Virus record (IMG/VR): IMGVR_UViG_3300027744_000116
Span: 1 to 24,554 of that record
Length of the DNA stretch: 24,554 nucleotides
Direction: 5' to 3' (one strand)
From: a virus
Taxonomy: Duplodnaviria; Caudoviricetes
Shown here: positions 18,259 to 24,554 of the stretch, piece after piece
Numbering within the stretch: position 1 is the stretch's first letter
Layout: every line of letters begins with the position of its first letter
The notes under the pieces: model-generated
The model's database searches: none
The model's input: only the letters and a program-made list of their open reading frames with translations
What the model was told of the DNA's origin: nothing
Made by a program: the position numbers and the translations under genes

Positions 18259-18688
18259 AGAGAAATATCTAAGTGCATATATGCAAACTGCAAAAATATT
18301 TGCAGAATTGAGTAGCGCAAAACGTAAGCATGTTGGTGCGGTTGTTGTTAAAGATGATAGAATCATTTCAATCGGTTACAATGGTATGCCAAGCGGATGG
18401 GATAATGATTGTGAAGTTATTGCACATACAGATTTTACTGGCACGATAGTAACAAAAACAAAACCAGAAGTACTCCATGCAGAGTCTAACGCAATTGCAA
18501 AACTTGCTAAGTCTACCGAGAGTGGTGATGGTGCAAGTATGTTTATCACTTGCGCTCCATGCATGGACTGTGCTAAAATGATATTTCAAAGTGGAATAAA
18601 AGAAGTCTTCTATGGTGAAGATTATCGTGATGATGCAGGAATCAGTTTCCTAAATAAATGCGGAATAACAGTAAAACAGATAACATGA
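18251..18688 (+). CDS. cd: dCMP deaminase
   Basis: VGAVVVKD.RIISIGYNG, HAESNAI, PCMDC zinc motif; likely start ATG 18251. Confidence 0.93.
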   Translation: MIKEKYLSAYMQTAKIFAELSSAKRKHVGAVVVKDDRIISIGYNGMPSGWDNDCEVIAHTDFTGTIVTKTKPEVLHAESNAIAKLAKSTESGDGASMFITCAPCMDCAKMIFQSGIKEVFYGEDYRDDAGISFLNKCGITVKQIT

Positions 18689-20259
18689 CAAAACATTTTT
18701 ATGAACGTAACGATTGGTTATTGAACCACGAAACAAACAAGACATTTGAAGAAGTACAATGGATGACTGAAGACGAATTTCGTCAATGGTTCATTGATCT
18801 ACGCAAAGCAGTTGTACACTCATGGGATACTATGGGTCAACCACCAAGAGTTGGTTGGGATGAAGGCGCAATCAAAAAACAATTCAAAGAGATGTATGGA
18901 TTCTCTGTGCATGAATTTGAACACGTTGATGAATTGACTGGTGAGAAAGATGTAATCAGAAACACTAGCGTAGTTGGTAATGCCGCTAATCAATGGTTTC
19001 CGACCATGATGAAGACACGCATTAACTATACAAAGAATGACGATGGGCTTTCAATCTATGACCACTTTCTCAAAGATGAATTGCTTGAGAAGACATTGAA
19101 GTATTCTAAACGACACTTCAAGCGTGATTCATTTTATGCATATTCAAATACAGTTAAAGTCAATGAGATTATTAACGTTGGTTCTTACAATGTAAAGTTT
19201 AAGAACGGCAATGATTTTGTTCGTTGGTTTGAAGAGAACAATATTCGTCAATATGGTTATGACTATTGGATAGAGAGTCGTGATGATGACGAAGAGTATA
19301 CTGGTTACAATGAACAACTTAAAGGTGTGAAGTATCTTGAAGTGACGCAAGAAATTCTAGAGACAATTCCAACTAAGTCTACAATGAACATAAAGTCACA
19401 CGACCAGAAGAAGTATCGTCTGCGTATGTACAAGTATGGGCAAAAGATTTTTCCTGTTGGCTTGAAAGCATTTCGTGTATCGTGGTGCCAATATGCTGTT
19501 AACTTTCCACCATTGACTGCGAAACTTCTCTATGAAAAATTTACTAGACACGTTAAGAACCAAGATAAAATTGTTGTTTACGATCCCTCTTCTGGTTGGG
19601 GTGGGCGTATCTTGGGTGCTATGGCTTCTCGCACTTCTCTTCCTTTACACTATGTGGGTACTGATCCTAATACCGATCACAGCATTAGTAGCGATAGCGG
19701 CAGTCCTAGTACTAAATATGCCGACTTGGCTGAGTTCTATAACTCCGCAAAGAACGAAGGTGTTTTGTTCGAACAGTCCAACACTTACGAAATTTTTCAA
19801 CTTGGTTCTGAAGTTGTCCGAGATGATAGTTCGTTCCAAAAGTACAAGGGTGAATTAGACATGGTGTTCACTAGTCCTCCTTACTTTGCTAAGGAAGCGT
19901 ATAGTGAAGACCCAACGCAATCGTATAAAAAGTTTACTGGCTATGATGCATGGCGTGAAGGCTTCTTACGCCCAACATTAGAAACTGCTGTTGAGTATTT
20001 GCGTAATGACAGATACTTACTTTGGAATATTGCTGATGCTAAGTTTGGTGCTGACATGTTGCCACTTGAAAAAGATAGCAAAGACATTTTGGAATCACTC
20101 GGTATGCAATTCAAAGGTGTAGTTAAAATGGCACTAGCACAAATGCCAGGTGGTAATCGTATTGATCCTGATACTGGTTTGCCAAAAGCAAAGAATTTTT
20201 GCAAAGTAAATGGAATGTGGCTGAAGTATGAACCGATTTTTGTTTTTTACAAACCATGA
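18685..20259 (+). CDS. Large DNA amino-methyltransferase (N4-C/N6-A type)
   Basis: Motif I YDPSSGWGGR, YVGTDPN, motif IV FTSPPYF, EAYS, YEPIFVF; ~270-aa N-terminal extension; ATGA overlap with dCMP deaminase. Confidence 0.85.
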   Translation: MTKHFYERNDWLLNHETNKTFEEVQWMTEDEFRQWFIDLRKAVVHSWDTMGQPPRVGWDEGAIKKQFKEMYGFSVHEFEHVDELTGEKDVIRNTSVVGNAANQWFPTMMKTRINYTKNDDGLSIYDHFLKDELLEKTLKYSKRHFKRDSFYAYSNTVKVNEIINVGSYNVKFKNGNDFVRWFEENNIRQYGYDYWIESRDDDEEYTGYNEQLKGVKYLEVTQEILETIPTKSTMNIKSHDQKKYRLRMYKYGQKIFPVGLKAFRVSWCQYAVNFPPLTAKLLYEKFTRHVKNQDKIVVYDPSSGWGGRILGAMASRTSLPLHYVGTDPNTDHSISSDSGSPSTKYADLAEFYNSAKNEGVLFEQSNTYEIFQLGSEVVRDDSSFQKYKGELDMVFTSPPYFAKEAYSEDPTQSYKKFTGYDAWREGFLRPTLETAVEYLRNDRYLLWNIADAKFGADMLPLEKDSKDILESLGMQFKGVVKMALAQMPGGNRIDPDTGLPKAKNFCKVNGMWLKYEPIFVFYKP

Positions 20260-20894
20260 AACATACTATCTCACATTTACCTAATGTAGGAATACTTAAT
20301 GCAAAATTTACTGACGATGAATTAAAACCAATGTTGGATGAAATTAATGACATTAAAAGAAAAAACTTCTCAGCAAAAAAATTCAATTCAAATTTAGCTG
20401 GAAATTTAGAAAAAGAATTTGAACTTATTGAATGCCATTCTTATATAAATTTACTATTACTACCTTTAACAAAAACATACGATAAACAATTTAAAATTGC
20501 TAATGAGATTGGTGGACCAATTTTTAAGAAACCAATCCCGGTAACCCTTAAACATCTATGGGTAAATTTTCAGAAGAAAAATGATTTCAATCCTATGCAT
20601 CGTCATGGTGGTGTTTTCAGTTTTGTTATTTGGATTGATATTCCATATGCAATCGATGATGAAAAATCGCATCCAACATCAAGAGAATCCACAGCAAATA
20701 TTCCCGGTCATTTTCAATTTGTATATACTAACATTTTAGGTGAAACGTCAAACTATAATATTCCCGCAGATTATACATTTAAAAATCAAATGGTAATGTT
20801 TCCGGCAAAATTATCGCATAGTGTATATCCATTTAGAACTTCCGATGAATATAGAATTAGTGTATCAGGAAATTTTGGATTTGATATACCATGA
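20256..20894 (+). CDS. 2OG-Fe(II) oxygenase (phage TIGR02466-like)
   Basis: WVNFQKKNDFNPMHRH, SFVIWI, MFPAKLSHSVYPF, RISVSGN. Confidence 0.85.
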   Translation: MKHTISHLPNVGILNAKFTDDELKPMLDEINDIKRKNFSAKKFNSNLAGNLEKEFELIECHSYINLLLLPLTKTYDKQFKIANEIGGPIFKKPIPVTLKHLWVNFQKKNDFNPMHRHGGVFSFVIWIDIPYAIDDEKSHPTSRESTANIPGHFQFVYTNILGETSNYNIPADYTFKNQMVMFPAKLSHSVYPFRTSDEYRISVSGNFGFDIP

Positions 20895-21481
20895 CTACAA
20901 TTAATGATGTGCTGAATCATTACTGGGATACTGTAGGTGTTGAGCAAGATACTTTTAAAATTAGAGGCGACAATCATTTTAGTAAATTGAATGATTATCT
21001 TAATGATAAAATACACGCTAAAGGTATTCCAGAATCATTTATATCATGTGCATACCGCAATCGAAAAAGTTGGGACATGCATTTTCCTGATATTAATGTT
21101 GCAATTGAATATAAAACATTTACTGCAAAAGGTATTTCTGGAAATAAAAATAATCGTATTGAAGAAGCACTAGGGTCATCTATAGACTTAAAAACAAAAC
21201 ATCCACATTATAAATTAGGATTTATTGCAGTATTTGCATTCAGAGAAAATTCAATGTCTGTAGTAAAGGCAAGAGAGATAGTGATTGAGGTGTTTGATAG
21301 AATGGTTGGTGACGGACACTATGATATGTTTTTACCTATTCAAACAATGGGTATTGACAATCACTTTGAATTATCAGAAAAATATTCATTAGACACTTTC
21401 ATAGAGTCTATTAATTATAATATCCAACAAAAAAATGGATCTTTGAGTACGAAGTCTAATCTAAATAATTTTTTTGTTTGA
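20891..21481 (+). CDS. PD-(D/E)xK endonuclease, XhoI/PaeR7I restriction-enzyme-like
   Basis: YRNRKSWD...AIEYK...GNKNNRIEEALGSSIDL...LGF parallels the XhoI-family pattern FRPTKKWD...EFK...GNNFNNRTEEAIG (recalled, not searched). Confidence 0.65.
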   Translation: MTTINDVLNHYWDTVGVEQDTFKIRGDNHFSKLNDYLNDKIHAKGIPESFISCAYRNRKSWDMHFPDINVAIEYKTFTAKGISGNKNNRIEEALGSSIDLKTKHPHYKLGFIAVFAFRENSMSVVKAREIVIEVFDRMVGDGHYDMFLPIQTMGIDNHFELSEKYSLDTFIESINYNIQQKNGSLSTKSNLNNFFV

Positions 21482-21591
21482 CTGCCCACGTAACTTGTTG
21501 ATCTATAAAGGTTTTTTGCTGTCTTTTTAAGGAAAAGCCCTTTATTTCACACAAATGTGTTGTTTTGACGCTACACTACATCAAATAATCG

Positions 21592-21619
21592 TTGACATTC
21601 ATTCCTACTGTGCTATACT
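21592..21619 (+). promoter_or_regulatory. Sigma70-type early promoter
   Basis: TTGACA (21592-21597) -16 bp- TATACT (21614-21619) with TGn extended -10. Confidence 0.75.
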
Positions 21620-21650
21620 GTATATATACATTGAGATTACAGAGGAATTT

Positions 21651-22253
21651 ATGTCATACATCGAACATCCTGCCGCATACGAAGCCGCTATCAAGCGCAA
21701 CATTCTAATGAATGCCAATAAGACATTCTATAAAACGTATCCCGATGCTAACGATATCGTTCAATTCCTTGTTGTGAATTCTGAAAAGAATTCGTTCTAC
21801 TTAAACCTTCTTGGTTCATTAAACACCTACGGCAAGTTGACAGAAAAACAAGTTCTTGCTGTACGTAAGTCTATTGCAACCTTTGCCGAACGCAAAGCAC
21901 AATGGACTGCACAAGCGGCAGAGAAAAACACAACCCGCACATTCATTGGCACCGAAAAGAAAAAGATTACTGTTACTCTTACAGTTAAAAAAGCAATTGT
22001 AGTTGATCGTCCTAAATTTTATTGGGCTGATAATGGTAGAAGTCTTCTCCGTATATGCGAAGATGCTGATGGCAACGTAATTGTATTCAGCGGCAATGCA
22101 GATTTTCCTGCTGAAGGCGAGACTGCAACAATTACCGCTACAGTAAAAATGCACCGCTACTATAAACAAAACGATATTGAAGTACCACAGACAGTTATCA
22201 TCCGTCCAAAGACCGTTGCCATGGTACAACAACCTGTCGCAGAAACAGCTTGA
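21651..22253 (+). CDS. Hypothetical early protein with probable C-terminal OB fold
   Basis: ATG 21651 with AGAGG RBS (track start 21555 lies upstream of the promoter); beta-rich C-terminus FIG...ITVTLTV...DADGNVIVF...EG...ITATVK.H...QTVIIRPK. Confidence 0.6.
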   Translation: MSYIEHPAAYEAAIKRNILMNANKTFYKTYPDANDIVQFLVVNSEKNSFYLNLLGSLNTYGKLTEKQVLAVRKSIATFAERKAQWTAQAAEKNTTRTFIGTEKKKITVTLTVKKAIVVDRPKFYWADNGRSLLRICEDADGNVIVFSGNADFPAEGETATITATVKMHRYYKQNDIEVPQTVIIRPKTVAMVQQPVAETA

Positions 22254-22278
22254 CATTCCAATCCACTTAAGTTAAGAT
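22250..22278 (+). promoter_or_regulatory. Sigma70 promoter giving a probable leaderless transcript
   Basis: TTGACA (22250-22255) -17 bp- TAAGAT (22273-22278); only 6 nt separate it from ATG 22285; no SD. Confidence 0.7.
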
Positions 22279-22284
22279 ACATAC

Positions 22285-24480
22285 ATGCTTAATACACAAC
22301 TTTCAAAATCCACTCTAGCAAAGTTACTTGCTACAGAGAATATTTCGGTAGAATATCGCAAGGTGCAAACTGCATCATTTGATATTGTGAATCGCCGTCT
22401 TACTCTTCCTATTTTAAATGACGTTACGTCTGAAATGACAGACCTTTTGGTCGGGCATGAAGTAGGTCACGCATTAGACACACCACAATCATACGTTGAA
22501 TCAGCTAAGGCTGGCGGTTCTGCATTTTCCACATTCTTGAATGTGATTGAAGATGCACGTATCGAACGTAAGATAAAAGACAGATATCCAGGTTTACGTA
22601 AACCAATGGCTATCGCTTATCGTCAATTTACTGAACGTGATTTCTTTGGCATCAAAGGTCAAGATGTAAATGAATTTATGTTGATTGATAGAATCAATTT
22701 GCATTTTAAACTTGGTGCTATTGCTGGCATTAAATTCAATGCTGAAGAAATGCTGTATGTTAAAGAAGTTGAAACGGCAGATTCGTTTGAGCAAGTGAAA
22801 GATATCACCGAACGTTTGTATGAATTTTGCAAAGCAGAGTTAGATCAAAAACGCCAAGAAGCTAAAGAAGAATTTCAAAAACGCAAAGAGAATGGCGAAT
22901 TTGATGATGAAGAGTTTGATAATGAAGATGGCTTTGGTGATGATACCGAAGACTATGAAGATCAAGATCCAAGTAGTTCTGGTTCTAATGGTGGCGAAGA
23001 TGATGACGATTATGAATCAGAAGATCGCTTTGACAATGGGTATTCTAACGAACGCACGTTTGAAGATACTATGCCTAATGAGTTGAAGGTGTATGGTGAC
23101 GAAGTTAAATCTGTAACGGATGAAAAATTTCAACAAGCATTAAAAGGTCTTGCAGAAACAAAAGAAATTAATGTTGGTAAGATTGCTAGTCAAAAGAAAA
23201 TCTATTTGAAAGATTATATTGTTCCTTTCAAAGAGTTACAATTCTTTGACGAATCATTTTATGATACTGAAGAATTAGAAGCACATGAGCGTTATAATGC
23301 TACTCTATTGACTAAGTTCGAATCCAAGAATAAGAATGCTATTGCATATCTTATAAAAGAATTTGAAATGAAAAAGAAAGCGGCTGAGTTGCGCCGTGTA
23401 ACAGTCTCCGATACTGGTACACTTGATACTAACAAATTGCATACTTACAAATTCAATGACGATATCTTCCGTAAGATTGGTGCCGTTGCTGATGGTAAGA
23501 ATCACGGCATTGTAATGTTCATTGACTGGTCTGGTTCAATGGCAGACAATATGTCTGGTACAATTGAACAGTTAATTACAATGGCAACGTTCTGCCGCAA
23601 AGTGAATATTCCGTTTGATGTTTATGCTTTCAGTACTCAGTATCCAAAGAAACTGAAAGATATACTAGATGATTCTCCTATTGTAGATACTAAAGACAAT
23701 GAATTGCAAATTGACTATTTTTCTTTGTTGAACATTTTGTCTAGCAGTATGAAAAATCAAACGTATCGCAAATTTGCAAATGATTTGTTGAATGTTGCAG
23801 AAGCATACGAGCCTTACTCGCATCATCGTAGACACAATAAATCAAGTTACATCAAAAATGGTATGGGTCTCGGCGGCACTCCGTTGAATGCAACAATTCA
23901 AGTAGCATCTAATGTTGTGAATGATTTCCGTAAACGTACTCGCTCTGAAATTGTGAATGTTATCTTTTTGACTGATGGCGAAGACAGTAGCACATTGTGG
24001 ACTACATCCGCCGATCATCGTGGTGCTAGAATCGGACCTTCTGACTATCGTTCAGTATCTTATATTGAAGATAAAGATTCCGCAAAAACTTATCGTGTAA
24101 GTGACAAAGGTGTAACACCAACGTTATTGCAAATTCTAAAAGATCGTACTGGTTGCAATTTGATTGGATTTTACATCCTGCCAAAAAGCAGACGTTACTT
24201 TCAAAATGCAATGTCACGTTTCAACATGATAATGACAGACGATGGTTACAAACAATTCCGTAACGAAAAGTTTTTCTCTGTCAACGGATATGGCTACTCA
24301 GAATACTTTCTGATTCCTGGTGGTGAAGACTTGTCTACCGAAGATGATTCACTATCAGACATTCTTGGCGAAAGCAAAGATGTTTCTGCACGTAAGTTGA
24401 AAGGTGCATTCTTAAAGATGAACCAAAACCGTTTGACTAATCGTGTTCTTCTCTCTAAGGTAATCAAGGAAATTGCTTGA
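22285..24480 (+). CDS. HExxH metallopeptidase-like domain plus acidic linker plus vWA/MIDAS domain (CobT-like T4-like phage protein)
   Basis: LAKLLATENI, GHEVGHAL, NVIEDARIE; vWA DWSGSM, GGTPLN, FLTDGE. Confidence 0.85.
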   Translation: MLNTQLSKSTLAKLLATENISVEYRKVQTASFDIVNRRLTLPILNDVTSEMTDLLVGHEVGHALDTPQSYVESAKAGGSAFSTFLNVIEDARIERKIKDRYPGLRKPMAIAYRQFTERDFFGIKGQDVNEFMLIDRINLHFKLGAIAGIKFNAEEMLYVKEVETADSFEQVKDITERLYEFCKAELDQKRQEAKEEFQKRKENGEFDDEEFDNEDGFGDDTEDYEDQDPSSSGSNGGEDDDDYESEDRFDNGYSNERTFEDTMPNELKVYGDEVKSVTDEKFQQALKGLAETKEINVGKIASQKKIYLKDYIVPFKELQFFDESFYDTEELEAHERYNATLLTKFESKNKNAIAYLIKEFEMKKKAAELRRVTVSDTGTLDTNKLHTYKFNDDIFRKIGAVADGKNHGIVMFIDWSGSMADNMSGTIEQLITMATFCRKVNIPFDVYAFSTQYPKKLKDILDDSPIVDTKDNELQIDYFSLLNILSSSMKNQTYRKFANDLLNVAEAYEPYSHHRRHNKSSYIKNGMGLGGTPLNATIQVASNVVNDFRKRTRSEIVNVIFLTDGEDSSTLWTTSADHRGARIGPSDYRSVSYIEDKDSAKTYRVSDKGVTPTLLQILKDRTGCNLIGFYILPKSRRYFQNAMSRFNMIMTDDGYKQFRNEKFFSVNGYGYSEYFLIPGGEDLSTEDDSLSDILGESKDVSARKLKGAFLKMNQNRLTNRVLLSKVIKEIA

Positions 24481-24511
24481 TGTTGTGTAAAAACAACAGT
24501 CAAAATAACCC

Positions 24512-24540
24512 TTGACTTGCCATAAATATTCTGTTATACT
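24512..24540 (+). promoter_or_regulatory. Sigma70-type early promoter for the next gene (outside window)
   Basis: TTGACT (24512-24517) -17 bp- TATACT (24535-24540) with TGn; preceded by the palindrome TGTTGT-N6-ACAACA. Confidence 0.75.
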
Positions 24541-24554
24541 AAGTATTGAAATTA

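Noticed and set aside
21616-21633. LexA/SOS-box-like TACTGTATATATACAT overlapping the -10 of the 21592 promoter
   Set aside because: The spacing is CTGT-N6-ACAT rather than CTGT-N8-ACAG, so it does not fit the proteobacterial LexA consensus
21482-21650. tRNA or structured ncRNA in the largest intergenic gap
   Set aside because: No cloverleaf, T-loop or strong stem; the region is explained by promoter and operator-like elements
269-24503. Numerous minus-strand and alternate-frame ORFs in the track (e.g. 1433-1774, 2462-2872, 6675-7058, 15035-15493, 21819-22256)
   Set aside because: They are shadows of well-supported plus-strand genes, with no RBS or recognisable motifs; the Pro-rich ones simply mirror Gly codons of the collagen gene
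24521-24528. CATAAATA late-promoter variant inside the sigma70 spacer
   Set aside because: Could be a dual promoter, but a one-mismatch AT-rich octamer is likely by chance and the downstream gene is not visible

Overview
Fragment of a T4-like (Tevenvirinae/Kyanoviridae-style) myophage genome. It has about 30 tightly packed genes, all on the + strand and intact under the standard code. 1-9448 is the late head module: portal gp20, then an inserted 3-gene fibre/structural cassette (55-triplet collagen protein, a siphovirus-type minor structural protein, a 20-aa-repeat protein), core/internal proteins, gp21, gp22, gp23 and gp3, driven by TATAAATA late promoters. 9505-15452 is the conserved recombination/transcription block (uvsY, uvsW, Sm-like ORF, gp55, gp47, gp46) with sigma70-type promoters. 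15627-21481 is an accessory, largely translationally coupled run: peptide deformylase, GNAT-like/2OG-Fe(II) hydroxylase fusion, PLP (PALP-fold) enzyme, Cys-rich small protein, dCMP deaminase, large SPPY amino-methyltransferase, second 2OG-Fe(II) oxygenase and an XhoI/PaeR7I-like endonuclease. This run is the best candidate for an undescribed DNA hypermodification-plus-restriction system. 21651-24480 holds probable early genes (OB-fold protein; HExxH/vWA protein on an apparently leaderless mRNA), and two promoters here are preceded by a shared palindromic operator-like motif. All calls come from motif recognition by eye; no database searches were run.
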